DNA from: Bacilli bacterium
Lineage (GTDB): Bacteria > Bacillota_I > Bacilli_A > RFN20 > UBA1709
Length of the DNA: 64,000 nt
Assembly: GCA_028693955.1 (NCBI GenBank)
Contig: JAQUUH010000001.1
Span: forward strand, 16,260 to 80,259
Reading direction: 5' to 3'
Shown in pieces: positions 52,142 to 63,111 of this stretch. A program made the translations under genes and the position numbers. Numbering within the stretch: position 1 is the stretch's first letter; each line of letters starts with the position of its first letter. The notes beneath the pieces were generated by a model. That model worked only from the letters and a program-made list of their open reading frames with translations, made no database searches and was not told where the DNA came from.

Positions 52142-53243
52142 GTTTTTCCCCCTTAATATATTTATTATATGCACTTAATGTTAATTTATTAAATTCAAAA
52201 TTAGCAATATTTAATTCTAAATAATCAAGATTTTCCTTAAGTACCAATTTAAACCCTTTATTGATGTTTTCTATACACATATAAATCATTGCATTTGAAT
52301 TATAACCTCTTCCAGGTTCAATTTTATCAGCAACATAAATTATTTTTGCTAGTTTTGACATTTTATCGCTTGCTGTTGCGTGATATTTCATTGCTTCAAT
52401 TATTTCTTTGTCATCAATATTATAATCGTTTTTCGCTATTACACATGCCAAAAATTGATGATATACACTTCTTGGGCATGATAAATTCTCGGGAAAATAT
52501 TTTTTCATCAATTCAGCTTCTTTTTCTCTATTCAATTCTTTAGCACAATCATGTAGTATTCCAGCAATATAAGCTTTTTTTACATTAATATTATTGTTTT
52601 TAGCAATTTTTTTTGCAAGGTTTGCAACCCTTTTTGAATGTTTATAGCGATACTCGCTCAATTCTATTTTTAGTTTATTTTCAAGATATAGTCCATTTTC
52701 TTTAATATATTTTTTGACTTTTAAAGGTACGTCAAGATGTAAAAAATTTCTTATTATTGTACTAGAAATTAAAGGACCAGTAATCCCAATATCAATCACA
52801 TTATATTTTCTTATGTTTGCTAAATTTTTTTGATATCCTACCCTATTAATTAGCACGAAATTAATTAAATTTGCTAAATCATCTATATCCTTCCATTCAT
52901 TAAGTCTATCTAATTGATCAGTTCCAATTAAGTAATAAAATTTATTCTCTGGGAATTTAGCTATTAATGCCTTCATTGTATTAATAGTGTAGTTTATTTG
53001 TTTACTACTTGTGTTTTTTATTTCATAGTCACATAATTTATATTTCTTTTTATTTTTTATTGCTAATTTAACCATCTTAAGTCTATCAAACTGTGATGTT
53101 TTTAGTTTTTTCCAACGAGGATTTTTTGCAGGCATAAACCAGACTTCATCGGCATTTATTTTTTTCAAGGCAGCATCAGCAATTGCAAGATGTCCATTAT
53201 GAATGGGGTCAAATGATCCTCCTATAATTAGAATTTTATTCAT
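52116..53243 (-). CDS. nadD: fused nicotinate-nucleotide adenylyltransferase NadD plus HD-domain YqeK
   Basis: N-terminal GGSFDPIHNGH nucleotidyltransferase motif. C-terminal HD motif GILHDCAKE. One uninterrupted 375-aa frame. Confidence 0.8.
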   Translation of the reverse strand: MNKILIIGGSFDPIHNGHLAIADAALKKINADEVWFMPAKNPRWKKLKTSQFDRLKMVKLAIKNKKKYKLCDYEIKNTSSKQINYTINTMKALIAKFPENKFYYLIGTDQLDRLNEWKDIDDLANLINFVLINRVGYQKNLANIRKYNVIDIGITGPLISSTIIRNFLHLDVPLKVKKYIKENGLYLENKLKIELSEYRYKHSKRVANLAKKIAKNNNINVKKAYIAGILHDCAKELNREKEAELMKKYFPENLSCPRSVYHQFLACVIAKNDYNIDDKEIIEAMKYHATASDKMSKLAKIIYVADKIEPGRGYNSNAMIYMCIENINKGFKLVLKENLDYLELNIANFEFNKLTLSAYNKYIKGEKHAETRKSH

Positions 53244-53248
53244 TAAGA

Positions 53249-53542
53249 TTAATCCTTTGGAAGATCATAAATTTTGTTTTTACTTACTTTATAAATTATT
53301 ATGGTATGACCAATGATTTGAACGATTTCTGCTTTAGTGTAACTACATATATCAAGAGCGATTTCTCTAGTGTTTTGCGGAGCAGTTTTTAACACATTAA
53401 TTTTTATCAATTCATTTGCTTCTAGAGCATTATTAATTGATATTAATAGATTTTTATTTATTCCTTCTTTGCCAACTTGAAAAAAGGATGACAAAGAATT
53501 TGCCTTTCCTCTTAAAAAAACTTTTTGTTTATTACTAATCAT
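53249..53542 (-). CDS. yhbY: RNA-binding protein YhbY (CRM domain)
   Basis: 97 aa CRS1/YhbY-like protein. Confidence 0.8.
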   Translation of the reverse strand: MISNKQKVFLRGKANSLSSFFQVGKEGINKNLLISINNALEANELIKINVLKTAPQNTREIALDICSYTKAEIVQIIGHTIIIYKVSKNKIYDLPKD

Positions 53543-53545
53543 ATA

Positions 53546-54667
53546 TTAGTCCTCCCCTATAAAAGATTCTTGAATAGAAATGCCCGTTCCTTTTGGTGCA
53601 TAAACATTCAGATTGACATTACCTTTCATAATATCAATAAATGCCAATCCACTTATAATTAAAGATGTTCTTTTACTTTCTGGTATATAAATTTCCGTTT
53701 TTTGTAAATCATCAATGTTATTTATAATTTTACTTTTAGGAATAAACACTTTATCTAGAATGAATTTATTGAATTTTTCATTTGTCTTTTCATCAAGCTT
53801 TGCTCGATGCAATTTCACTTGATTATTACAATATACAATAAAAGAAGTAGAATTTCCATCAATAAAATCTATTCTTGCAATAGAACCTAAAAACAGGCTC
53901 TGTTTGTTGTTTAATTGAAAAACTTGAGGCTTAATTTCTTTTTGAGGAAGAATATATTTTAAATTTTTGCTATCAATGTAGTGATAAATATTTTTAGAGT
54001 TAAAAAGCCCTGGCGTATCGTACAAAAATGAATTATCACTAAATGGTATTTTTAAAGTCTTAAGTGTTGTACCAGGATAAACACTAGTTGTAACAAAAAC
54101 ATTAGTGTCATTTTTATAGTATTTTAATAGAGAATTTATGATACTAGATTTCCCCACATTAGCATTTCCAATAATATATATATTTTTAGATGAATCTGTT
54201 TTCTTTATTCTTGCAATTAAATCATCGAAATGAAAATTATTTTTAGTGCTTATTATTTCAATTGAATCATATGGAATATCATATTTATCAAGTTGATCAC
54301 GAATTTTTATTAAAACCCTATTGATATTTATTGATTTAGGAAAAATATCAATTTTATTAATAACTACAATTATTTTATTGTTTTCTTTATATTTTTTTAT
54401 TTCATTAATTAAACTTCCGTGAAAATTAAATAAATCAATTACATATAAAATTAAATTATTTTTTCCAGGTATTTCTAGAATATTCATGTATTCATTGTTA
54501 TCAATTACAATTGATTTGTTTTCGTTATAATTTCTTAATTTAAAACAACGTTGACAAAAAATTTTATCTTTTGAAAGCAAAATATTACTAGGAACATATC
54601 CTGGTAAGTCTTCATCAATTGTTTGAATAATTGCTCCACAGCCATTACATACCTTTTCATTTGCCAT
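53546..54667 (-). CDS. yqeH: ribosome biogenesis GTPase YqeH
   Basis: N-terminal zinc finger CNGCG...CQRCF. Circularly permuted G domain. Confidence 0.8.
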   Translation of the reverse strand: MANEKVCNGCGAIIQTIDEDLPGYVPSNILLSKDKIFCQRCFKLRNYNENKSIVIDNNEYMNILEIPGKNNLILYVIDLFNFHGSLINEIKKYKENNKIIVVINKIDIFPKSININRVLIKIRDQLDKYDIPYDSIEIISTKNNFHFDDLIARIKKTDSSKNIYIIGNANVGKSSIINSLLKYYKNDTNVFVTTSVYPGTTLKTLKIPFSDNSFLYDTPGLFNSKNIYHYIDSKNLKYILPQKEIKPQVFQLNNKQSLFLGSIARIDFIDGNSTSFIVYCNNQVKLHRAKLDEKTNEKFNKFILDKVFIPKSKIINNIDDLQKTEIYIPESKRTSLIISGLAFIDIMKGNVNLNVYAPKGTGISIQESFIGED

Positions 54668-54668
54668 A

Positions 54669-55211
54669 TTATTGATTCCTTTCAACACTTTTCAATTTAC
54701 CCTTTTTAGCAAGTGATTTTCTAATTATTTTATCAGCAAAACGATTGAATTTAGTAACAAATAAATCACTATTTGTAGCTGGTTCTACAAGAAGACTGCG
54801 ACATTTTAGAATATTTGCCATCCAAATGTCGGTTAGTATTTGATCTCCAATTACAAGAGTTTTATTTATATCAATATTGTTTTGCTTAATAAATTTTTTT
54901 ATTTTTTTTGTACAGGGTTTTTTTGTTGAATGAAGATATTTGATATTAATTCGTTCACAAAATTTTTTTACTCTATCCTCTTTATTATTAGAAATTAAAT
55001 AAAATTCTATTCCTAGTTTTTTTATTAAAGAAATAATTGAAACTACTTTATTGTTTGGTAAGTCAACATAGTGCTCAACAATAGTATTATCTAAATCACA
55101 AAGAATGAAGTCAATTTTATTATTTTTTATAGATACAAAATCTATATTGTAAAAATTATTTGAATACCAAGTTGGTTTAAAAAATTTATACACTAATCTC
55201 ATCTCCTTCAT
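54669..55211 (-). CDS. yqeG: HAD-superfamily phosphatase YqeG
   Basis: HAD motif I, LCDLDNT. First gene of the yqeG-yqeH-...-nadD-yqeK-rsfS run, as in Bacillus. Confidence 0.75.
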   Translation of the reverse strand: MKEMRLVYKFFKPTWYSNNFYNIDFVSIKNNKIDFILCDLDNTIVEHYVDLPNNKVVSIISLIKKLGIEFYLISNNKEDRVKKFCERINIKYLHSTKKPCTKKIKKFIKQNNIDINKTLVIGDQILTDIWMANILKCRSLLVEPATNSDLFVTKFNRFADKIIRKSLAKKGKLKSVERNQ

Positions 55212-55247
55212 TTTAAATCATTATCATGCAATTTTAAAGATAAAAGA

Positions 55248-57812
55248 CTACAAATCATCAATAAAATCAAAAATTGTTGGTTCTTTTTTTGTTTTTTCTA
55301 GTTTTTCTTCTTTTTGTTCGTTGTTATTATTTGGTGTTATATTTTCATCTTTGATTTCTTTTTCTTTAAATTCAAATGTTGGAGTATTTTCATCAATAAC
55401 AGGGACATATAAATCAGAAACAGCAACAATATCCTCATTGGATTCGCATTTATAGATATTTTTTAAACTTTTACCAATAGGTGAAGCTTTAAAAGATTCC
55501 ATTTTAATTTCGATAAGATCTTTTATTGTTGACAATGCATAATAAATATTTGATGCCTCACCTCTATTTATTGAAATTATAGATTGAGGGTTGCTTTTAT
55601 AATATTTAAATAATTCTTGAGCTTTTAATAAACGGCTGGAACTTTTTACAAGTAACGAAGGATTAAATACTTTATAATCTCCTTTGTTGCTAAAAACAAT
55701 TAAGTTATCTTTAAGTGATTTTGTTATTGAAAAGAATGCTGAAATTTCATCTTTAGAATCGATTTTCATTGCTTTTACACCTGCAGCTTTATATCCTATT
55801 ACGCTGACACAAGACTCGTGATAACAAGTAATTTTGCCGAATTTACTAATTAATATAAAGTCGGAATCTCCATCGCTATAGCAAACTCCAACAACAGAAT
55901 CATTATCTTTTAATTTTATACAGCTCATTGCTTTTGAATATCTTGAAACTGAAAAATCTTTAAGTTTTGAACGTTTAATTTGACCATTTTTACTACATAT
56001 ATCAATGAATATACCATCCTTAAAGTTTTTTACTAAGAAGGCATTAATAATCTTTTCTTCACCATTTAACGAAACAAGATGACTAATATGCTTTCCTTCT
56101 TCTTTCCATTTTGTATCCATTAATTCAAAAACTGGAATATAAAGAAAATTTCCTTTATCCGTAAAAACTAAAAGTATATCAGCAGTATTTGCTTGGGTTA
56201 TTCCTAAAATGAGATCGCCATTTTTATATCCAGGAAGTGTTCCATCACTTGCGGAGAAAGATTTGATTGAAGAACGTTTGAAATAACCATCTCTAGACAA
56301 AGAAATATATACTTCTTCTTTTATAATAGGTTTATTTTCAAAAGAGAAGTCAATAAATTCACCATTTATTTGAGATAGACGTTTGATTTTATAAATTTTT
56401 GATAAACTACTCAATTCATCAACAATAGTTCTTTTTAAAACATTTGGATTTTCAATAATTTCTTCAAGACCTTCAATTGAAGTTAATAATTGAGATTTTT
56501 CGCTTTCTAGAGTTATTATTTCAGTAGATGTTAATCTATACAAATGTAGCATAACTATTGCTTCAGCTTGTTTTTCACTTAATTTAAATCGATTTATTAA
56601 ATTAATTTTAGCAGAAGATTTATCTTTACTGCTTCTAATAATTTCGACAATTTCATTTAAATTATTTTTAGCCAAAATTAATCCATCAACAATATGAATT
56701 CTAGATTTAGATTTTTCTAAATCAAAATTGCTTCTTCTTAAAATAACATCAATTTGATGAGAAATATAGTAATCTAAAATATCAATCAAGCCTAATTGAA
56801 GGGGCTTTTTATTGCAGATTGCTACTATGTTATATGTATACTTAAGCGATAATTTAGTCTTTTTCATCAAATAATTGATAATGTTTTCATAATCGGCTTC
56901 TTTTTTCATTTCAACAACTATTCTTAATCCTGTTCTATCGGATTCATCTCTAACTTCAATAATTCCATCAACTTCTTTATCAATTCGTATTTTATCTATT
57001 GAGGCAACTAAATCAGATTTCACTACCTCAAAAGGAATTTCTGTGATTACTAATATAATTGAATTTTTTTCTTTCAAAATTTCTGTTTTTGAAACTATTT
57101 GAACTTGTCCACTTCCTGTTTCAAAAGCGGATTTTATACCATCTTTATTGCAAACAATTCCTCCAGTAGGAAAATCAGGTCCAGAAATAATTTTCATCAA
57201 ATCTTCAAGATTACAATTTGGATGTTTTATTCTATATATAGTAGCATCTACAACTTCATTAAAATTATGTGGAGGAATATTAGTAGCATAACCAGAGGCA
57301 ATGCCTTTAGCCCCATTTATTAAAATATTCGGGAATTTTGCTGGTAAAACTGTTGGTTCTTCAGTAGTATCATCAAAATTAAGTGCAAAATTAACGGTAT
57401 TTTTATCTATATCTTTCAATAATTCACTACTTATTTTTGATAATCTTGCCTCTGTATAACGCATTGCAGCAGGTGGATCATTATCTAAAGAGCCATTGTT
57501 TCCGTGCATTTCAATTAATGGAGTGCTTTGCTTCCACCATTGAGACATTCTTACCATAGCTTCATATACGCTTGAATCTCCATGAGGATGATAATTTGCA
57601 ATGACATATCCAACGGTTTTTGCAGACTTTCTAAAAGGATTGTTGAATGTGTTTCCATCAACAAACATAGAATATAAAATTCTTCTTTGAACTGGTTTTA
57701 GACCATCTCTAACATCTGGTAATGCTCTATCTTGTATAATGTATTTAGAGTATTTTCCAAAACGATCTCCAATAATTTCTTCTAAAGAATAATCATAAAT
57801 ATCTTTTGACAC
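55248..57812 (-). CDS. parC: DNA topoisomerase IV subunit A (type IIA topoisomerase A subunit)
   Basis: N-terminus [16 protein letters not shown] and the active-site Tyr region. Adjacent to a B subunit, with plsY and yneF-tkt nearby as at the B. subtilis parEC locus. GTG start shares one nt with the parE stop. Confidence 0.7.
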   Translation of the reverse strand: MSKDIYDYSLEEIIGDRFGKYSKYIIQDRALPDVRDGLKPVQRRILYSMFVDGNTFNNPFRKSAKTVGYVIANYHPHGDSSVYEAMVRMSQWWKQSTPLIEMHGNNGSLDNDPPAAMRYTEARLSKISSELLKDIDKNTVNFALNFDDTTEEPTVLPAKFPNILINGAKGIASGYATNIPPHNFNEVVDATIYRIKHPNCNLEDLMKIISGPDFPTGGIVCNKDGIKSAFETGSGQVQIVSKTEILKEKNSIILVITEIPFEVVKSDLVASIDKIRIDKEVDGIIEVRDESDRTGLRIVVEMKKEADYENIINYLMKKTKLSLKYTYNIVAICNKKPLQLGLIDILDYYISHQIDVILRRSNFDLEKSKSRIHIVDGLILAKNNLNEIVEIIRSSKDKSSAKINLINRFKLSEKQAEAIVMLHLYRLTSTEIITLESEKSQLLTSIEGLEEIIENPNVLKRTIVDELSSLSKIYKIKRLSQINGEFIDFSFENKPIIKEEVYISLSRDGYFKRSSIKSFSASDGTLPGYKNGDLILGITQANTADILLVFTDKGNFLYIPVFELMDTKWKEEGKHISHLVSLNGEEKIINAFLVKNFKDGIFIDICSKNGQIKRSKLKDFSVSRYSKAMSCIKLKDNDSVVGVCYSDGDSDFILISKFGKITCYHESCVSVIGYKAAGVKAMKIDSKDEISAFFSITKSLKDNLIVFSNKGDYKVFNPSLLVKSSSRLLKAQELFKYYKSNPQSIISINRGEASNIYYALSTIKDLIEIKMESFKASPIGKSLKNIYKCESNEDIVAVSDLYVPVIDENTPTFEFKEKEIKDENITPNNNNEQKEEKLEKTKKEPTIFDFIDDL

Positions 57813-59761
57813 TATTCTGCACCATCTTTCTTAAAAGAATCTTCTAAAGTAAATTTAACATTTTCATCAATCCATTTACGACGAACTTTAGGATCTGCTC
57901 CCATTAAGACATTAACACGTCTTTCAGCGAGGGCACCATCTCCAATATTTACTTTAATGAGTGACCTTGTATTTGGATTCATTGTTGTTTCCCATAATTG
58001 AGGGGCATTCATTTCCCCAAGCCCTTTATATCTTTGTATTATATATCCAGGACCAAAAAGTTTTTTTTGCTCTTCAAGTTGATTATCATCCCAACAATAA
58101 GCAAATTTTTCATTTTTCCCACTACCTTTTGAAAGCTTATAAAGTGGCGGCATAGCAATGTATATATGACCTTGCTCGATTAAAGGTTTCATAAACCTAT
58201 AAAAGAATGTTAAAAGCAAAACTTGAATATGTGCCCCATCTGTATCAGCATCAGTCATGATAATTATTTTCCCATAATTGATTTCTTGAATATCAAACTC
58301 TTTACCGACACCAGCACCTATAGTGTGAATTATTGTTGATATTTCCTCGTTTTTAATTAATTCATCAATTACATTTTTTTCTGAATTTATTACCTTTCCT
58401 CTTAGTGGTAAGATTGCTTGAAACACTCTATCTCTTCCTTGCTTTGCACTCCCACCAGCTGAATCTCCTTCAACAAGAAATAATTCGCATTCATTTCTTT
58501 TTTTAGACTGAGCGGGTGTTAATTTACCCGACAATAATTTTTCAACTTTACCTTTTTTATTGCTTCTAGCCTCTTCTCTTGCTTTTCTTGCTGCTTCGCG
58601 AACAGAAGATGCACGATGTGCTTTACCAATAATCAAATTAGCAAAATCCTTGTTCTCTTCTAGATAATAAGAAAGTTTCTCATATAATACTGATTCTACA
58701 GCAACTTTTGCTTCAGGAGTACCCAATTTTGATTTTGTTTGCCCTTCAAATTGCAAGAATTTTTCGGGAATTTTCACAGAAACAATAGCCGTTAATCCCT
58801 CGCGGTAATCACTACCATCTATTTTATCTTTTTCCTTAATTAAATTATATTTTTTACCAAAGTCATTCATACATCTTGTAAAAGCAGATCTTAATCCTGT
58901 TTCATGAGAACCACCATCATCGGTTTTAACATTATTTACAAATGATAAAACTGTTTCATCATAAGAATCACTAACATATTGCATTACTACTTCAATTTCA
59001 ATATCCTGGTTTAATCCCGAAAAATATATTGGTTGATTCAAAGGAGTGTTTCCCTCATTAATAAACTCAACATAAGAAATTAAACCATTGTCATAGATAT
59101 AATTATTAATTGTGTTATCTCTTTCATCAACTAAAACCATTTCCACACCTTTTAATAAAAATGCGTTTTCTTGTAATCTTTCCATTATTATTGATTTATT
59201 AAATTCAGATTTTGAAAAGAAGTTATAATCAGGGATAAATTTAACTTTAGTTCCATTTACTTTGCTATCACCTATAATAGATAGTTTAGATATAATTTTA
59301 CCTCCATCTAAATATGTTTGCTGATATTTTTTACCATCTCTAGATATTGTAACTTCCATGAAAGTACTAAGAGCAGTTACCACTGATGCCCCAACGCCAT
59401 GTAACCCTACGCTAGATGAATAGGAATTTGAATTAAATTTTCCTCCAGCATGCAAAATAGTATAAACAACCTGAGGTGTAGGAATACCACTTTTATGTTT
59501 ACCAGTAGGAACGCCTCTTCCATTATCTTCAATTGTAATACTCTTATCTTTTCCTATAGTAACAATTATTTTTTTGCCAAATCCTGCCATGGCTTCATCA
59601 ATTGAATTATCAATTATTTCCCAGGCCAATCTATGTAAACCTCTACTATCTGTAGAACCAATATACATACCAGGGCGTTTTCTTACAGCCTCAAGACCTT
59701 CTAAAATCTCAATATTGTCTTCAGAATAACTTCTAATATTTACATTTTTCTTTTGATCCAC
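57812..59761 (-). CDS. parE: DNA topoisomerase IV subunit B
   Basis: GHKL ATPase domain plus TOPRIM domain. GTG at 59761 follows GGGAGG at a 7-nt spacing. The track start at 59797 is an upstream extension. Confidence 0.7.
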   Translation of the reverse strand: MDQKKNVNIRSYSEDNIEILEGLEAVRKRPGMYIGSTDSRGLHRLAWEIIDNSIDEAMAGFGKKIIVTIGKDKSITIEDNGRGVPTGKHKSGIPTPQVVYTILHAGGKFNSNSYSSSVGLHGVGASVVTALSTFMEVTISRDGKKYQQTYLDGGKIISKLSIIGDSKVNGTKVKFIPDYNFFSKSEFNKSIIMERLQENAFLLKGVEMVLVDERDNTINNYIYDNGLISYVEFINEGNTPLNQPIYFSGLNQDIEIEVVMQYVSDSYDETVLSFVNNVKTDDGGSHETGLRSAFTRCMNDFGKKYNLIKEKDKIDGSDYREGLTAIVSVKIPEKFLQFEGQTKSKLGTPEAKVAVESVLYEKLSYYLEENKDFANLIIGKAHRASSVREAARKAREEARSNKKGKVEKLLSGKLTPAQSKKRNECELFLVEGDSAGGSAKQGRDRVFQAILPLRGKVINSEKNVIDELIKNEEISTIIHTIGAGVGKEFDIQEINYGKIIIMTDADTDGAHIQVLLLTFFYRFMKPLIEQGHIYIAMPPLYKLSKGSGKNEKFAYCWDDNQLEEQKKLFGPGYIIQRYKGLGEMNAPQLWETTMNPNTRSLIKVNIGDGALAERRVNVLMGADPKVRRKWIDENVKFTLEDSFKKDGAE

Positions 59762-59930
59762 AAGTATACCTCCCAAAATTATGAAATTAACTTTCAAAAT
59801 GAAAATTATTAAGTACCATATTTATATAAAAAACTTAGTTTAACAATTAATATTATACAAGATATTCTATTATTTTTCACTATAATATATTATAATATTA
59901 GGGTATATTTTGGGAAAGGAGTGTATAATC

Positions 59931-60581
59931 TTGAATATTGTTTATTTGCTTATTTCAATTATTATAGGGTATCTTTTTGGATCAATTCCATTTGCATTAA
60001 TTGTTGGGAAAAGTTTTTTTAATAAAGATATTAGAGAATTTGGATCAAAAAATTTGGGCGGTACCAATGCTGGTAGAGTTCTTGGCATGAAGGCTGGAGC
60101 CACTGTTATCGCTTTAGATATTCTTAAAGTTGTTTTATGCTTTAGCATAGTATATATTATATTCAATGTACTTTTAAATGACTATAATTATACTTATTAT
60201 TTACTTTTTAGTGGTTTATTTGCAATTATTGGGCATTGTTTTCCGGTTTTTGCTCAATTTAAAGGAGGAAAAGCTGTTTCTACTTTAGTGGGTTTTGCAT
60301 TGTGTACAAATTACATAATATTGATAATAGCTGTATTGTTCTTTTTAATCACATTAAAGAGAACTAAAATGGTATCTCTTTCATCGCTAATAGGATCATT
60401 AGTAGGTGCAATAATCAGTTTTATACCAATATTTAATTTTTCAATGTTATATGGAATTCCTCAAAATATTTATTATGGAATATTTATGAGTCTTGCAACT
60501 TTAATCTTGTTTATTAGACATTATCAAAATATTAAAAGAATAATTTCAAAAACTGAAAATAAAATTAAATGGATGAAATAA
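59931..60581 (+). CDS. plsY: glycerol-3-phosphate acyltransferase PlsY
   Basis: IIIGYLFGSIPF and multi-TM topology. TTG at 59931 follows AAAGGAG at a 9-nt spacing. Confidence 0.8.
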   Translation: MNIVYLLISIIIGYLFGSIPFALIVGKSFFNKDIREFGSKNLGGTNAGRVLGMKAGATVIALDILKVVLCFSIVYIIFNVLLNDYNYTYYLLFSGLFAIIGHCFPVFAQFKGGKAVSTLVGFALCTNYIILIIAVLFFLITLKRTKMVSLSSLIGSLVGAIISFIPIFNFSMLYGIPQNIYYGIFMSLATLILFIRHYQNIKRIISKTENKIKWMK

Positions 60582-60607
60582 AAAAAAGGTCAAGATGACC
60601 TTTTTTA
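60582..60607. terminator. bidirectional terminator
   Basis: aaaaggtca-aga-tgacctttt. Confidence 0.8.
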
Positions 60608-60817
60608 CTTATATTGATTCATTGAATTCATAACTTGCTTAATTTGTGATTCTGATGGTTTTCTACCCATAGATAAGAACATTGCTCTTATCATTTTTTC
60701 ATTAACTGGAGGATTTTTTGCCAATTCTCTTTTTAAATACCATCTAGCAATTAAAAAACCAGCTATTCCTCCAATGATTAAACCGCCAATCATCCACGCA
60801 ATATTTTGCCAACCCAT
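60605..60817 (-). CDS. yneF: UPF0154 membrane protein YneF
   Basis: 70 aa aligning with B. subtilis YneF (ESQIKQVMNSM). Downstream of tkt, as in Bacillus. Confidence 0.75.
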   Translation of the reverse strand: MGWQNIAWMIGGLIIGGIAGFLIARWYLKRELAKNPPVNEKMIRAMFLSMGRKPSESQIKQVMNSMNQYK

Positions 60818-60897
60818 TAATAAACACCTCCCAAATATGATTTACCATAAATATTTTAAACTATTAACATAATTATTACAATGTAAAATAATTATAA

Positions 60898-62859
60898 TTA
60901 TAAAAGACTTTTTATATAATTAACTACATCTAACACAGAAAATCCATAATTTGCGATTACATCGTTAGCTTTTCCGCTTTTTCCAAATTTATTTAAATCA
61001 TAAACATTCATTGCATATTTGTATAATATAGCTGAAGATGCCATTTCAATTGCCACTATATTTTCTCTTTTATTTTTTAAAATTTGTAATTTTTCTTTTA
61101 ATGATAAATTATCAAATAAATTCCAAGATGGCATTGATACTACTCTAATATCAATATTTTCTTTTAATAATTCTTTTTGAACATTAATTGCTAAATTAAC
61201 TTCACTTCCACTAGAAATTATTGTTAATTGTGCTTTTTCTTTTTCTTTACTTGCCACATAGGCTCCTTTTATAAAACTTGAATAATCAGGCATCTCACAA
61301 TCTACTACCAAGTCTTGACGACTTAAGATTAAACAAGTAGGACTTTTTTTACTTTCAATCGCAAATTTCCAAGCTAATGAAGTTTCATTTGCATTTGCTG
61401 GTCTTATAACATTTACATTTGGAATCAATCTAAGGCTCGATAATTGCTCAATAGGTTGATGAGTTGGACCATCTTCTCCAACGGCAATGGAATCATGTGT
61501 TAATACATATATTGCTGGTAATTTCATTAATGCAGTTGTTCTAATAGATGCCTTAAAATAATCAGAAAAAACTAAGAAACTCCCTACAAATGATCTAACC
61601 CCACCATGAAGTAACATTCCTGTTTGAGCACAAGACATAGCAAATTCTCTAATACCATAATTAATATTTCTACCTGAATAATTAGAGTAAGAAAATTCAC
61701 CACCATCGTTTATGTTGGTATTTACAGATTTTGCGACATCTGCAGCTCCACCCAACAAATTAGAAATATTTTTTGCTAAAATATTAATTAATTTATTTGA
61801 TGTATTTCTCGTGGCTTCTTTATAATCTAATGGAAAGAAAGGGTATTCAATGTCTGAATAAGAATTATTTAAGTTTCTTTCTAAATCATTGGCTAATTCT
61901 TGATATATATCTTTATATTTTTTATACATTTTGTTCCATTTATTGTAAGTTCTCTTTCCTCTTTTAAAAAATGTCTTATTGTAAAGATCATACACTTCTT
62001 GAGGAACTTCAAAGTCATTATATTCCCAGGCTATTTTATTTTTAATATTTCTAGCATCCTCATCTCCAATAGGAGAACCATGAACTTTAGATGTATTCTC
62101 ATTTTTTGATAAATATCCAATAATTGATTTAACAATAATTAAAGTAGGTTTAGATGATTTTTTTGCTTTTTTAATCATTTTATTGGTGATTTCAATATTG
62201 TTTGCATCTTCAACATTTAAAACATTCCATTCACATGACTCAAATCTTTTTTTAACGTTTTCTGAAAAGGCAACATCTAAATTTGCATCAAGAGTTACGG
62301 AATTACAATCATAAATTAAAATTAATTTGTTAAGTCTTAAATGACCAGCAAGAGATATTGCTTCTTGTGTAACTCCTTCAAATAAATCTCCATCACCACA
62401 TAAAGCATATGTATAATGGTCAAAAATTGGAAAATTTTCTTTATTGTATTTTGAACTTAGAAATTTTTCAGCCATTGCCATCCCAACAGCATGAGCAATA
62501 CCTTGACCTAAAGGCCCACTAGTGACATCAACTCCATCAGTATGACCATATTCTGGATGACCAGGAGTTTTTGAATCCAATTGCCTAAAATTTTTAATAT
62601 CTTCAATAGAAAGATTATATCCACACAAATGTAAAGTTGTATATAAAAGCATTGATGCATGGCCACTTGCTAAAATAAATCTATCTCTATTTATCCATGA
62701 TGTTTTTTTGGGATAGGCGTTTATAAAGTTGCTATATAAGGTAAACATAGTAGGTGCTGCTCCTAGCACCATTCCTGGGTGACCAGATTTTGCTTTATTT
62801 ACTGCATCTATTCCTAAAATTCTAATAGTATTAATAGCTAATTGCTGATTGTTATCCAT
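60898..62859 (-). CDS. tkt: transketolase
   Basis: 653 aa with the ThDP motif GDGDLFEG. Preceded by a GGGGAG RBS. Confidence 0.9.
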   Translation of the reverse strand: MDNNQQLAINTIRILGIDAVNKAKSGHPGMVLGAAPTMFTLYSNFINAYPKKTSWINRDRFILASGHASMLLYTTLHLCGYNLSIEDIKNFRQLDSKTPGHPEYGHTDGVDVTSGPLGQGIAHAVGMAMAEKFLSSKYNKENFPIFDHYTYALCGDGDLFEGVTQEAISLAGHLRLNKLILIYDCNSVTLDANLDVAFSENVKKRFESCEWNVLNVEDANNIEITNKMIKKAKKSSKPTLIIVKSIIGYLSKNENTSKVHGSPIGDEDARNIKNKIAWEYNDFEVPQEVYDLYNKTFFKRGKRTYNKWNKMYKKYKDIYQELANDLERNLNNSYSDIEYPFFPLDYKEATRNTSNKLINILAKNISNLLGGAADVAKSVNTNINDGGEFSYSNYSGRNINYGIREFAMSCAQTGMLLHGGVRSFVGSFLVFSDYFKASIRTTALMKLPAIYVLTHDSIAVGEDGPTHQPIEQLSSLRLIPNVNVIRPANANETSLAWKFAIESKKSPTCLILSRQDLVVDCEMPDYSSFIKGAYVASKEKEKAQLTIISSGSEVNLAINVQKELLKENIDIRVVSMPSWNLFDNLSLKEKLQILKNKRENIVAIEMASSAILYKYAMNVYDLNKFGKSGKANDVIANYGFSVLDVVNYIKSLL

Positions 62860-63111
62860 AACTTTCTCCCCTTTATTTCTTATGATATTATAGCATAAAT
62901 ATATTGATATAAGAATATAACGACATAAAAAAAGTCTAGAAGTCCGGTCATTCCCAGTAAGTTAAGGTGGGTGAACTGTTTTTTGTTTTAGGATTCTAAA
63001 TAGATAGCCTTCAACACCACAAAAAGACATCGTTCTCCCTAGTCAGATATGTCGGAAACGCAATATACTTCTAGACAATATTATTATATCACAAAATACT
63101 TAAATGTATAA

